DNA of 64,000 nucleotides from Desulfatiglandales bacterium (GTDB lineage Bacteria; Desulfobacterota; DSM-4660; Desulfatiglandales; Desulfatiglandaceae): the NCBI GenBank assembly GCA_963662465.1, contig OY759599.1, positions 672,001-736,000 on the forward strand, in the 5' to 3' direction. Within the stretch, counting starts at the first letter, position 1, and each line of letters begins with the position of its first letter. The notes beneath the pieces are model-generated. The model saw nothing but the letters and a program-made list of their open reading frames with translations, did not search any database and was not told where the DNA came from. A program made the position numbers and the translations under genes. This document shows, in pieces, positions 9,453 through 20,093 of the stretch.

Positions 9453-10721
9453 ATGGATTATCTGGATATTGATCTGAGTCTTAGCGACGAGGACGTCGCC
9501 TTACAGAAGGCGGCCCATAAGTTTGCCAAAGAAGTGATGCGGCCGGCGGCGAAGGCATTGGCGGCACTGACACCGGAGAAGCAAATAGCCGATGATTCGC
9601 CTCTCTGGGATTTTCTTAAAACGGCCTACGAATTGGGATACCACAAAATTCTCTTTCCCGAAGAAGTGGGAGGCATGGGCCTAACGCCGCTCCAGCAGGC
9701 GATTGTCATGGAGGAAATGGGTTGGGGCAGCAATGGATTGTGCATCCAATTAGGGGCGGCGGGTTCCCATGCCCTGGGAGGGTTGATGAGCATGAACCCG
9801 GATTTGTTGCAGGAATTCACCATACCCTTCTGCAACTGCACGGATGGAAGCATTCGTGGGTGCTGGGCGGTCACTGAACCGGATCATGGTTCCGATACCC
9901 TGGGTTTTGGCGAACCCTTTTTCGATTCCCCTGAAGTGAGCCCAGGCTGCAGGGCCAAACGTGATGGGAACGAATGGGTCATCAACGGACAGAAGTCCGC
10001 TTGGGTTTCCGGCGCCCCGGTGGCCACCCATTGTCTGGTTCAACTTCAGATCGATCCCACCAGAGGTTTTGCGGGGTTTGGAGCGGCCATTGTACCCTTG
10101 GATCTCCCCGGATGTTCCAAAGGCAAAAACCACGAGATGTTGGGAATGAACGAACTCAATCATTCTGAGCTTTACTTTGATGATGTCAGGATCCCGGCAC
10201 ATTACATGTTCCTGGATAATGCCGACTATTATTTTCCTTTTGGCAAACAGATTCTGGCCGGATTCAACATGACGGTCGCATGTTATGCGACAGGTTTGGC
10301 CAGGGCTGTCTTTGAGGAAGCCTTTTCATTCTGTCAGCAGAGGGTTCAGGGGGGAAAGCTTCTTAAGGAGCACTATTCCATCAAACAGAAAATATTTAAA
10401 ATGTTCAGCCGGGTTGAGGCCTGCCGCGCTTTGTCCCGGCGAGCGGTCCTGTTGAATGGGAGTATCTTTCCCGGCTTTTGCGAATATTCAATTGCGGCTA
10501 AGACCATGGCCACCGAAATGGCGTTTCAAAACGCCAATGATGCCATTACGATCTTCGGAGCAAATGGTTTGACCAAGGAATATCTCCCGGAGAAACTCTT
10601 TCGGGATGCCCGAGCAAATCTTATAGCCGATGGTACGACGGAGACGCTCAGAAAGGTGGGAGGGCATTTTCTGTTTGAGACCTATCCAAGAACCAGAGAG
10701 AGCATTCAGCGCATGGGTTAG
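9453..10721 (+). CDS. Acyl-CoA dehydrogenase family protein
   Basis: TEPDHGSD, NGQKSAW, RVQGG, FGANG, IADGT. Confidence 0.9.
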   Translation: MDYLDIDLSLSDEDVALQKAAHKFAKEVMRPAAKALAALTPEKQIADDSPLWDFLKTAYELGYHKILFPEEVGGMGLTPLQQAIVMEEMGWGSNGLCIQLGAAGSHALGGLMSMNPDLLQEFTIPFCNCTDGSIRGCWAVTEPDHGSDTLGFGEPFFDSPEVSPGCRAKRDGNEWVINGQKSAWVSGAPVATHCLVQLQIDPTRGFAGFGAAIVPLDLPGCSKGKNHEMLGMNELNHSELYFDDVRIPAHYMFLDNADYYFPFGKQILAGFNMTVACYATGLARAVFEEAFSFCQQRVQGGKLLKEHYSIKQKIFKMFSRVEACRALSRRAVLLNGSIFPGFCEYSIAAKTMATEMAFQNANDAITIFGANGLTKEYLPEKLFRDARANLIADGTTETLRKVGGHFLFETYPRTRESIQRMG

Positions 10722-10825
10722 AAAAATCCGAGGGGGGATGTGGGAGGATTCGTATTTTATTAATACCAAAAACATGTGGCTTCAGGGAGTTTTAAAGTAA
10801 CGTTTATCAAGAAAAGGAGAAAAAA

Positions 10826-11152
10826 ATGGCCTACACAAATGTAAAAGAAACTTTTGAAAAAATGCCGACCGTATTTGACGCTGCCAAGGCGCAGGGGATC
10901 AATTCCGTTGTTCAGTATTTCATCGAAGGGGCGGGAGGAGGAAACTGGATTATCCAATTAAAGGATGGCACATGCCGGATAGAGGAAGACAAGCATGATT
11001 CTCCCGCTGTAACGATCACCATGAACGCCGGGACTTGGCTGGCGCTGGTCAACGAAGAAATGAGCGGCATGCAGGCCTTTATGGGCGGCAAATTGAAAGC
11101 GGTAGGAGACACCATGCTCGCCCAGAAAATCTCGGCGATTTTCCCATTATAG
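10826..11152 (+). CDS. SCP2 sterol/lipid-binding domain protein
   Basis: GAGGGNW...QAFMGGKLKAVGD signature, 108 aa. Confidence 0.88.
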   Translation: MAYTNVKETFEKMPTVFDAAKAQGINSVVQYFIEGAGGGNWIIQLKDGTCRIEEDKHDSPAVTITMNAGTWLALVNEEMSGMQAFMGGKLKAVGDTMLAQKISAIFPL

Positions 11153-11238
11153 ACAGATTGACCGATTCGGATATTAAAATAAAACGCCATAGGAAAATGG
11201 CAGAGCGCTTATTCGTGACGGAAAGCTGATCCTGTAAA

Positions 11239-12009
11239 ATGGAGGTTCTGATGAAGGTAATGACATGGAGTGGTGAGGTTGCGCTGGTGACCGGCGCCGG
11301 GTCCGGTATCGGACGTGCTATAGCGTTGGCTTTTGCGAGTGAGGGCATCCGGGTAGTGGTTGCTGATATCGATGTGGAGGGGGGCCGGGAGACCGTTCGG
11401 CAGGTTCAGCGGGCGGGCGGGGAATCCATCTTCTCAAAGTGCGACGTAAGCCGGGAGGATATGGTCAAGGCCACCATTGAAGAAGTGGTCGGGGAGTGGG
11501 GAAGGATTGATTACGCCTGCAACAATGCCGGAATCCACGCCGAATTACCGGTGCCCCTTGCCAATGAGAATCGGGAGGAGTGGGATCGCATCATTGCAGT
11601 GAATTTGACCGGCGTTTTTCTGTGCATGCAATCTGAGATCCTGCAGATGGTGAGCCAGGGAGGCGGGGTAATCGTCAACATCGCCTCTGCGGCGGGCCTG
11701 GTGGCGGAGCTTGGTTCTCCGGCCTATACCGCCGCCAAGCACGGCGTGATGGGGCTCACCAAGGTGGCTGCTCTGGACTGTATCAGAGACGGTGTTCGGG
11801 TCAATGCGATCTGCCCGGCCGTCATCGATTCTCCCATGGTGGCTGCCGCTCCTGAGGAGGTGCGGCAATACCTGAAAACCCTCCATCCCATCGGCAGGTT
11901 TGGGAAGCCGGAGGAAGTGGCGGCGGCAGTCATGTATCTTTGTTCGGACCTGGCAGGGTTTACAACCGGAACAGGCATCGTTCTGGATGGCGGGGCGCTT
12001 GCCGCGTAG
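11239..12009 (+). CDS. Short-chain dehydrogenase/reductase (SDR)
   Basis: TGAGSGIG, NNAG, YTAAK. Confidence 0.93.
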   Translation: MEVLMKVMTWSGEVALVTGAGSGIGRAIALAFASEGIRVVVADIDVEGGRETVRQVQRAGGESIFSKCDVSREDMVKATIEEVVGEWGRIDYACNNAGIHAELPVPLANENREEWDRIIAVNLTGVFLCMQSEILQMVSQGGGVIVNIASAAGLVAELGSPAYTAAKHGVMGLTKVAALDCIRDGVRVNAICPAVIDSPMVAAAPEEVRQYLKTLHPIGRFGKPEEVAAAVMYLCSDLAGFTTGTGIVLDGGALAA

Positions 12010-12133
12010 AGATGGTCCTTATGGGGAGCTTCAGAGGTATGGGGGCGATTGTACATGCAGCCCCCGCGACCTGAAGTCGCGCACTTGCAGTGCAACATGA
12101 AGAATAAATAATGATACCGGGGGAGGGAATCGT

Positions 12134-14135
12134 ATGACAAAAAAGATTTTAGAGCCAATAGAAATTAGTGGAATGAAACTGAAGAACAGGATCGGTTTTG
12201 CACCGTGGCTGGGGATGCCGGTCGCACCGGACGGTTCCGTGAATAGCGAGACGGTTAGATGGTTCGAGGGGCGGGCACAAGGCGGCGTCGGCTTCATCAT
12301 GACCGGAACGATTGATTCATTGCCTCCGGATGCTTATTTGCAAAATGCTCCCGTCAGACCCGAAACAGGCGCCAGTATCTATGATGACAAATATATTCCG
12401 GGCTGGGTCGAGCTGATCGACGTAATTCACTCGTATGATGTGAAGATCGGAGCGCAACTGGCGGCCCCCGGCCCCATGATGGGGGAAGGCCCTTCATCTT
12501 CTCCCTTTCCAAATGAACAATCCGCCCGTTTTGGCATATTCGACCTTATGGCGGGGACAATCCTGCCGGTTGAAGAGGTTTCCATCGAGCGCATGGAAAC
12601 CATCAAAAGCCTCCTTGCAGCGGCTGCGGGCAGGGTCAAGAAGGCCGGATTCGATTGCGTGGAACTGCATTGCGGTCATGGCGGGGCAAATCTTCATGCC
12701 TCATTTCTTTCACCCTATTACAACAGACGGACCGACAAATATGGTGGCAACTGGGAAAACCGCACTCGATATATCGTTGAGACAATTGAGGAAATAAGAA
12801 AAGAAGTCGGAAATGATTATCCGATCCTGGTCCGGTTTTCGGCTGATGAATTGCTCGGAGAAGAGGGCATCACCCCGGACGCTTCCGCGAAGTACATCGT
12901 CCCCATCCTTGAAAAGGCCGGTGTGGCCGCAATCGATGTGAGCCAGGGTTCCGTTACGCATACCATTGAGGGCGTATCTATCCCCCCGTACTATCGAAGG
13001 GGCTGCTTCATGCGCAATGCAGATGCGGTAAAAAAGGCCACAGATCTGCCTGTATTCGGTGTTGGCCGCGTTCTTGACCTCGACATGGCGGAGCGGTTCC
13101 TGGAGCAGGGGAAGGCAGACGTCATCTATATCGGTAGCCAGCTCTCTGCTGACGTTGAGACGCCAAAGAAGTATTTTGAGGGGAGGTCTGATGAGATCAG
13201 GAAGTGCATTGGCTGTAAACCCGTATTATGCCGTATTATGCGGTACCCCTTGTACCATCAATTATGACTCCGAGGTTGACTGTATTCCGTTGACCCCCGC
13301 GGAAACACAAAAGAAGGTCCTTATCATAGGGGGTGGCGTGGGCGGATTGGAAGCGGCAAGGATCGCCGCAATGCGGGGTCACAAGGTCACGCTGATGGAG
13401 AGAGAACCGGAACTGGGCGGTATTGTGGCCGCTTTGGCCCGGACAAAATTGACGGGTGAGTTCAAAAACATCATCAGCTATTTGGGTGTTCAGATGAGGA
13501 AGCTGAATGTGGACGTGAGAATGTGCAAAGAAGCGACCCCGGCCGACGTAGATGATATGAAACCGGATGTGGTGATTATGGCCTGCGGTTCTTCCATGGT
13601 AATTCCCGAAATTGCCAAAGGCAAGCCGGGGGTGATGCATCACCTCAATGCCTGCCGTGAGCCGAAATCGGTGGGTCAGAGAGTCGTCATATGGGGACTT
13701 GCCGCCGCCGAACTTGCCATCTCCCTTGCCGATGAAGGCAAGGATGTGACCATCTTCGGCAGCGGAGATAAGGCCATGTTGGGTGGCGTATGGGTAGAAG
13801 GTCCGCGCCAATTGTATATATGGAGAAAACTGACGGATATGCCCCTCGCCCGGGCAATACCTGAAGCGGAACGGGTACGGAACCCTCAGGTTTTTGCCGG
13901 AGCAAAGCTTGAGGAGGTCACTGCGGAAGGGGTGAGAATCACGGATAAGGATGGATCGGAAAAGGTCCTCCCTTATGATACCCTCATCGTATCGCGTTTG
14001 CGGGTGCCGAACAAATCTCTCTTTGAGGCGCTACAGGGGAAAGCGGAAGAAGTGTACAAGATCGGTGACTGCGATAGAGTGCGCACCATCAAGAACGCCA
14101 TCTGGACTGCTAACGAGGTAGCCAGAAAGATCTGA
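12134..14135 (+). pseudogene. NADH:flavin oxidoreductase (OYE TIM barrel + Fe-S + FAD domain, FadH/BaiH-like), frameshifted
   Basis: ORFs 12134-13267 and 13059-14135 join if one copy of the tandem CCGTATTATG (13221-13240) is removed, giving CIGCKPVLCGTPCTINY then GGGVGGLEAA. Confidence 0.85.
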
Positions 14136-14189
14136 TATCACGGTCCGGCATGAGCAGTCCAAAAAGAGTTTGCAGTAAAGGAGGCATAC

Positions 14190-15557
14190 ATGAATCAGGA
14201 ACGTCCTTATTGGAATATGGAAATGGAGCCGCTTTATGGGACTCCGGAGATGGAGAAGATCCAGCTTGAGAGGCTGAAGGTTCAACTCTCAAGGCTGAAA
14301 GCCAAGGGGGGATACTATGCCCGTATGATGGCGCGGAACCGGTTGGACCCCGAGAAGCTGAGCGGGTTCGACGAATTTAAAGACAAGGTGGATATATTCA
14401 ACAAGGCAACCTGGAATAAAATTGTGGATGACTGCGACGGCGACATGCTGAAAGCGCTTGACGAGCGGATTGCCTGCAGTCTCGATGATCTGATCATGAT
14501 CGCGACAACAACAGGAACGACCGGTGTTCCGAGTCCTTATGCATTTACGAACAAGGATCTGTGGGAATTCTGGGGGGAGTATACGGCCCGGGGGTGCTGG
14601 CGTGCCGGGATACGCGCCCATGATCGCGTGTTGCACTGTTTTGCGCTTTCCATGGTGATTGCCGGTCTCCCGGCAGCAATGGCCTATACGAAAGTCGGCG
14701 CTACGGTATTACCCGTCGGCGCGGAGGGAAAGACGGAAAGGATTCTCATGACGCAGAACATGTGGAAGGGAACCGTTTTTCTGGGTACCCCCTCCCTCCT
14801 TGAGTACCTCATTGAACAGACGCCCAAGGTGACCGGTAAATCGGTCAAGGAACTCGGCTTTAGATTCCTCGTCTGCGGGGCAGAGCCGGGAGCAGGCATC
14901 CCCGAAGTGAAGAATAAATTGGAAACGTCCTACGGCGCCAAGATTTTCGACATTGGCGCCGGTCTCGGCTTTTCCTGCGACCATGATGAATACCAGGGCA
15001 TGCATTGGCTCGGCGACGATTTGTCATACTACGAACTGGTGGACCCTGATACCAAACAACCCATTCCTCTTACCAACGGTGCCAGGGGAGAGATGCTCAT
15101 GACGAGTCTTAGTGCGGAAGGACTGGTCACTGTAAGGGAAAGCGCAGGAGACGTTCATGAGGTGCTCACCGAGCCCTGTGCCTGCGGCCTCAGCGGCTTC
15201 CGGTATAAAGTGGTCGGCCGTGCTGATGATATGCTTAAAGTCAAGGGGGTTATGGTCTACCCAAGTCACATCAAGGGCGTGATTAACGATTTCGTGCCGC
15301 GTGTCACTGGAGAGATAAGGATTATGCTGGAGGAGAGACCCCCTCGGGTAGTGCCGCCTTTGAAAATAAGGGTGGAGCATGCCGCCGAGGTATCGGATGC
15401 ACAACTCGATGCCTTGGCAAATGAGATCTCTGACGCCATGAGCAAACGCCTCAGGATCAAGCCTCAGGTTATCTGGGCCAAACCGGGCAGTCTGGAACGA
15501 AGTCTTTACAAAGGCAAAATATTCGAAAAGATCTACGAAAATAAGGGAGACAAGTAA
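14190..15557 (+). CDS. Phenylacetate-CoA ligase family (aryl/acyl-CoA ligase)
   Basis: TTTGTTGVP loop, GAEPGAG, VGRADDMLKVKGVMVYPS. Confidence 0.88.
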   Translation: MNQERPYWNMEMEPLYGTPEMEKIQLERLKVQLSRLKAKGGYYARMMARNRLDPEKLSGFDEFKDKVDIFNKATWNKIVDDCDGDMLKALDERIACSLDDLIMIATTTGTTGVPSPYAFTNKDLWEFWGEYTARGCWRAGIRAHDRVLHCFALSMVIAGLPAAMAYTKVGATVLPVGAEGKTERILMTQNMWKGTVFLGTPSLLEYLIEQTPKVTGKSVKELGFRFLVCGAEPGAGIPEVKNKLETSYGAKIFDIGAGLGFSCDHDEYQGMHWLGDDLSYYELVDPDTKQPIPLTNGARGEMLMTSLSAEGLVTVRESAGDVHEVLTEPCACGLSGFRYKVVGRADDMLKVKGVMVYPSHIKGVINDFVPRVTGEIRIMLEERPPRVVPPLKIRVEHAAEVSDAQLDALANEISDAMSKRLRIKPQVIWAKPGSLERSLYKGKIFEKIYENKGDK

Positions 15558-15558
15558 T

Positions 15559-16821
15559 ATGCGCGATGTCTATATCGTCGGCGTTGGAATGACGCGGTTT
15601 TTCAAGTGGCTCGACCGGGGAATCAAGGATCTGACGGGGGAGTCCGTAACAGAAGCCCTTAACGATGCTGATCTTCGGAAAGAAGACATAGAGGCGGCGT
15701 GGTTTGCCAATTCGACATGGGGATTTTTCGAGGGGCAGGACCAGGTGCGTGGTCAGGTGGCGCTTGGCTCTCTGGGTATGCATGGGATTTCCATCAGCAA
15801 TTCAGAAGGGGCCTGTGGGGGCGGGTCCCAGGCGCTGCACGGCGCCTGGCTGGGGGTTGCCTCAGGCGCTTACGAGTGTGCCATGGCAGTGGGGGCCGAA
15901 AAGCTGTACAACGAGAACAAGAAAAAGTCCTTTGGAGCCATAGCCAAAGGGACGGATGTGGAAAATACACAGTCTATGATCGGCGCCTGGTTGAAAAGGC
16001 TGGAACAGCTCGGCATTGAAACAACAGCCGAAGACGTGGTCGACCCGGATAATCCAACCCGCAGCGCAATGATGGACATCTATGCTTACATGATCAGATG
16101 GCACATGAAAGAATACGGCACCACCCAACACCAGTTGGCGCTGATTACCTCCAAAACTCATTGGCATGGCTCGATGAACCCCAAGGCGCAGTATCAAAAA
16201 GAGATGAGTGTGGAAGAGGTGCTGGCCGGAAAGCCGGTTCTCTACCCCTTAACAGCGCCGATGTGTGCGCCGCTGGGTGATGGGAGTGCGACGGCAATCC
16301 TTTGTTCCGGCGATTTTCTCAAGAAGATGAAGGCGCCGAGGCCGGTCAAGGTGCTTGCTTCGGTCTATGGATCGAGTACCCCGAGATATTTCGATGAGCC
16401 GGAAAAAGCGATCGAGGTGAGACTTTCTGAAAAAGCATACAACATGGCCGGAGTCGGCCCTGAGGATATCAATCTGGTCGAGGTTCATGACGCAGCCTCA
16501 TTCGGAGAGCTGAAGATGACGGAGCAGCTCGGTTTTTGCGGGCCAGGAGAAGGCGGGGCTTTCGCCGAATCAGGCGCCACAACACTTGGCGGGAAAATCC
16601 CTGTAAATGTCTCCGGAGGATTGATTTCCCGTGGGCACCCCCTTGCGGCTACCGGCATCGCTCAAATTTATGAGCTGACGACCCAGCTTCGCGGAGAGGC
16701 GGGGAAGAGGCAGGTTGAAGGGGCAAAAATCGGCATGTGCGAGAACGGCGGTGGTCAGATCTACTTTGAAGAGGTTTCCATGGGCATACATGTCCTGGAA
16801 AAGGTTTCTGTAAGGCTGTGA
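15559..16821 (+). CDS. Thiolase family protein, SCP-x type
   Basis: VGVGMTRF, GACGGG, EVHDA, NVSGGL..GHPLAATG. Confidence 0.9.
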   Translation: MRDVYIVGVGMTRFFKWLDRGIKDLTGESVTEALNDADLRKEDIEAAWFANSTWGFFEGQDQVRGQVALGSLGMHGISISNSEGACGGGSQALHGAWLGVASGAYECAMAVGAEKLYNENKKKSFGAIAKGTDVENTQSMIGAWLKRLEQLGIETTAEDVVDPDNPTRSAMMDIYAYMIRWHMKEYGTTQHQLALITSKTHWHGSMNPKAQYQKEMSVEEVLAGKPVLYPLTAPMCAPLGDGSATAILCSGDFLKKMKAPRPVKVLASVYGSSTPRYFDEPEKAIEVRLSEKAYNMAGVGPEDINLVEVHDAASFGELKMTEQLGFCGPGEGGAFAESGATTLGGKIPVNVSGGLISRGHPLAATGIAQIYELTTQLRGEAGKRQVEGAKIGMCENGGGQIYFEEVSMGIHVLEKVSVRL

Positions 16822-16910
16822 AGTAGTTTACGTTTTCTTGTTACGCGTGGGAATGAGCCCACAAAACAATCAAAGTGTAAACCACAAAATGAAGGATGCC
16901 GGAAAATCAT

Positions 16911-19900
16911 TCAATTTTTGCTCTTCAGTTTCGCTGAACCAGCTGGTAGACTTTCTTCGTTTCCTGTCTTTCCTTTTCGTTCCCGGAGCCTTTCAAGAAC
17001 CACATAAAGCACCGGCACCAGCACCAGGCTCAGGAAGGTGGAGGCGAGCATGCCGCCGAATACCGCTGTTCCCAGGGAATGTCGGCTGGCGGCGCCGGCT
17101 CCCTGGGCCACCACCATGGGGACCACGCCCAGAATAAAAGCAAAGGCGGTCATCAGGATGGGACGCAAGCGTTCCCGCGATGCGTGAACGGCCGCCTCCA
17201 CGATGGACATGCCCTGTTTCCTCAGTTCACGGGCAAACTCAACAATCAGAATGGCATTTTTGCTGGCCAGGCCGATGAGCATCACCAGTCCGATCTGGCA
17301 GTAGACGTCGTTGGCGATGCCGCGGATATGCTGGGCCAGAAGGGCGCCCAGAATGGCCAGGGGAACCGCCAGCATGACCATGAGGGGCATGACCCAGCTT
17401 TCGTACTGGGCCGCCAGAAAGAGAAATACAAAGACCAGGGCCAGGGAAAAGATGTAGGGGGCCATACCGCCGGCCTCGATCTCCTGGTAAGCGGTGCCGG
17501 TCCACTCGTATCCATATTCGTTGGTCAGGTTCTTGGCAGACAGGGCTTCCATGGCCGCAATGGCCTCTCCCGTACTGTAACCGGGGGCATTGCCGCCGTA
17601 AAGGGAGACCGTGCGGTAGAGGTTGTAATGTTTGATGCTCTGTACGCCCCGGATCTGCTTGACCTTGACCAGGGCGCTGAGCGGCACCATGCTGCCGTCG
17701 CCCGCGCGCACATAGAGCTTTGCGATGTCCTCCCGTTTGGCCCGGTAGTTGTCTTCGGCCTGAATAAAAACCCGGTAAACCCGGCCGAATTTATTGAAGT
17801 CATTGACGTACATGCTTCCCAGGAACGTCTGGAGCGTGGTGAAAATATCGGAGATGGAAATCTGAAGGCTCTTGGCCTTGGTGCGGTCCAGCTCCACGTA
17901 GAACTGGGGATAGTTGACTTCAAAGGTAGTACTCAGGGGGGTCAGGACCGGCTGCTTGCGGCCATCGGTGATCATTTTTTCCGCCGCGGCGCGAAGATCG
18001 ATCAGACTTCCCCCCGTAAGGTCCTGGAGCTCAAACTCAAATCCGCCGGTGGTGCTGAGGCCCTGAATCGGTGGCGGGGGAAAGGGGATGACGATGGCCT
18101 CGTTTATGCCCTGGGCCTCATACATGAAGGCGCCCATGATCCCATTAAGACTGAGCTGGGGCGTTTTTCTTTCGTCCCATGGATTGAGCATGACAAAAGC
18201 GGCCGCCGATGACGGGTCCATGGCCGAGTTGAGCAGGTTATAACCGCCGATCATGACAACGCTCTTGACGCCCGGCGTCTTTGCAAGGATCTTTTCCACG
18301 GCGCTGCATACCTTGCCGGTTCGATCAAGGGATGTCCCTTCGGGAGCTTGAAGCATGACCATGAAATAGCCCTCGTCCTCGGAAGGGACGAAGCCGGTGG
18401 GAACGATCTTGAACATGGCGTAGGTTGCGAAAACCAGACCCGCAAAAACCAGCAGGACCAACACCCAGGCCTTGATAAACCATCTGACCCCTTTCAGATA
18501 ACGGTCTCGGGACCACTCAAAGACCTGGTTGAACTTTCGGAAAAACCAGGCCTGCTTTTTGGGGGTAGGCCGCAGCAGGGCCGCGCACAGGGCCGGGCTG
18601 AGGGTCAGGGCGTTAATGGCGGAGATGCCCACGGAAAAGGCGATGGTGAGGGCGAACTGGCGATAGAGTTGTCCGGTAATGCCGGGCATGAAGGCTACGG
18701 GGACAAATACGGCCATGAGGACCAGGGTGGTGGCAATGATCGGGCCTGTCACCTCCCGCATGGCCTCCTTGGTGGCCTCCTTGGGCGCCATACCCTTTTC
18801 ATCGATGCAACGGGAGGCGTTTTCCACCACCACGATGGCGTCGTCCACCACGATGCCGATGGCCAGCACCAATCCAAACAGGGTCAGGGTATTGATGGAA
18901 AACCCGAAAGCTTTCAGTACCGCAAAGGTGCCCACCAGGGACACGGGAATGGCGATGGCGGGAATCATGGTGGCCCGCCAGTTCTGAAGAAAAATGTAGA
19001 CCACGAAAAACACCAGCAACATGGCCTCCAGAAGCGTCTTGATGACTTCTTTGATGGATTCCTTGACAAAAAGGGTGGTGTCGTAGCTGACCGCGTACTT
19101 GAGATCTTTGGGAAATCGTTTGGAGAGCCGTTCCATGTTGGCGTACACTTCGCTGGCCACATCCAGGGCATTGGCGCCGGGCAATTGAAAAACGCCGATA
19201 CAGGCGGCTTTGTTGCTGTTTAAATGCGCGAACCAGCCGTAGTTTTCCGCTCCCAGTTCCACCCGCCCCACATCTTTGACCCTGACCACGGACCCGTCCG
19301 GCCGGGTTCGAATAATGATGTCCTCAAACTCCTTGGGCGAGGATAACCGGCCCAGGGTGTTGATGGAATAGGTAAATGTTTGATTAGGGGGACTGGGCGT
19401 GTCGCCGATCTTTCCGGCTGCTACCTGAACATTCTGTTCCTGGACGGCTGAGATGACGTCCGTGGCGGTCATCTCCATGCTGGTCAGTTTGTTAGGATTG
19501 AGCCACAAGCGCATGGCGTATTTTTTTTCGCCGAAAATTTCAACGTCCCCCACGCCCGGGAGACGTTTCAGGATATCCACGATGTTGATGGAGGCGTAGT
19601 TGCTGAGATACAGGTCGTCAAAAGTATTGTTGGGCGAATAAAGGGAGATGATGACCACAAAATCGGGCGATTGTTTTTGGGTGGTGATGCCGTATTTTCG
19701 AACATCATCGGGAACCTGGGGCTGGGCCATGGTCACCCGGTTTTGAACGTCCACGGCGGCGATGTTCAGATCATAGCCCACGTCAAAGGTGACGGTGATA
19801 TCGCTGGTGCCGTCGTTGGAACTGATGGAAGACATGTAGGTCATGCCTTCGACGCCGTTGATTTGTTCTTCAATGGGGGTGGTGACGGTTTTTTCCACCA

Positions 19901-20069
19901 CTTCCGCGCTGGCGCCCGTGTAAGTGGCCTTGACCTGCACCGTGGGGGGCGTGATTTCAGGAAATTGAGCGATGGGAAGCAGGCTGATGCAGACGGCGCC
20001 GGCCAGAGAGATCACAATGGAAATGACGCCCGCGAAAATGGGCCGGTCAATGAAAAAATCGACAAACAT
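16911..20069 (-). CDS. RND efflux permease (HAE1/AcrB family)
   Basis: 1052 aa; AQFPEITPP, GIVVDDAIVVVEN, KNAILIVEFA, RLRPILMT. Confidence 0.96.
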   Translation of the reverse strand: MFVDFFIDRPIFAGVISIVISLAGAVCISLLPIAQFPEITPPTVQVKATYTGASAEVVEKTVTTPIEEQINGVEGMTYMSSISSNDGTSDITVTFDVGYDLNIAAVDVQNRVTMAQPQVPDDVRKYGITTQKQSPDFVVIISLYSPNNTFDDLYLSNYASINIVDILKRLPGVGDVEIFGEKKYAMRLWLNPNKLTSMEMTATDVISAVQEQNVQVAAGKIGDTPSPPNQTFTYSINTLGRLSSPKEFEDIIIRTRPDGSVVRVKDVGRVELGAENYGWFAHLNSNKAACIGVFQLPGANALDVASEVYANMERLSKRFPKDLKYAVSYDTTLFVKESIKEVIKTLLEAMLLVFFVVYIFLQNWRATMIPAIAIPVSLVGTFAVLKAFGFSINTLTLFGLVLAIGIVVDDAIVVVENASRCIDEKGMAPKEATKEAMREVTGPIIATTLVLMAVFVPVAFMPGITGQLYRQFALTIAFSVGISAINALTLSPALCAALLRPTPKKQAWFFRKFNQVFEWSRDRYLKGVRWFIKAWVLVLLVFAGLVFATYAMFKIVPTGFVPSEDEGYFMVMLQAPEGTSLDRTGKVCSAVEKILAKTPGVKSVVMIGGYNLLNSAMDPSSAAAFVMLNPWDERKTPQLSLNGIMGAFMYEAQGINEAIVIPFPPPPIQGLSTTGGFEFELQDLTGGSLIDLRAAAEKMITDGRKQPVLTPLSTTFEVNYPQFYVELDRTKAKSLQISISDIFTTLQTFLGSMYVNDFNKFGRVYRVFIQAEDNYRAKREDIAKLYVRAGDGSMVPLSALVKVKQIRGVQSIKHYNLYRTVSLYGGNAPGYSTGEAIAAMEALSAKNLTNEYGYEWTGTAYQEIEAGGMAPYIFSLALVFVFLFLAAQYESWVMPLMVMLAVPLAILGALLAQHIRGIANDVYCQIGLVMLIGLASKNAILIVEFARELRKQGMSIVEAAVHASRERLRPILMTAFAFILGVVPMVVAQGAGAASRHSLGTAVFGGMLASTFLSLVLVPVLYVVLERLRERKGKTGNEESLPAGSAKLKSKN

Positions 20070-20093
20070 AGGGCTTCCTCGAAAGGGCTTCGC

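Noticed and set aside
12040..12095. GC-rich hairpins between the SDR and flavoenzyme genes as a structured RNA
   Set aside because: Short stems only, with no U-tract or recognisable family; could be chance or a simple mRNA stabiliser.
13221..13267. Programmed ribosomal frameshift or selenocysteine recoding in the flavoenzyme
   Set aside because: No slippery heptamer is seen and the break is a frame change, fully explained by the 10-bp duplication.
17079..19223. Long plus-strand ORFs antisense to the RND gene (similarly 7158-8210, 28031-29014, 43573-44667, 53035-53967)
   Set aside because: Shadow ORFs of GC-rich coding strands with no recognisable motifs.
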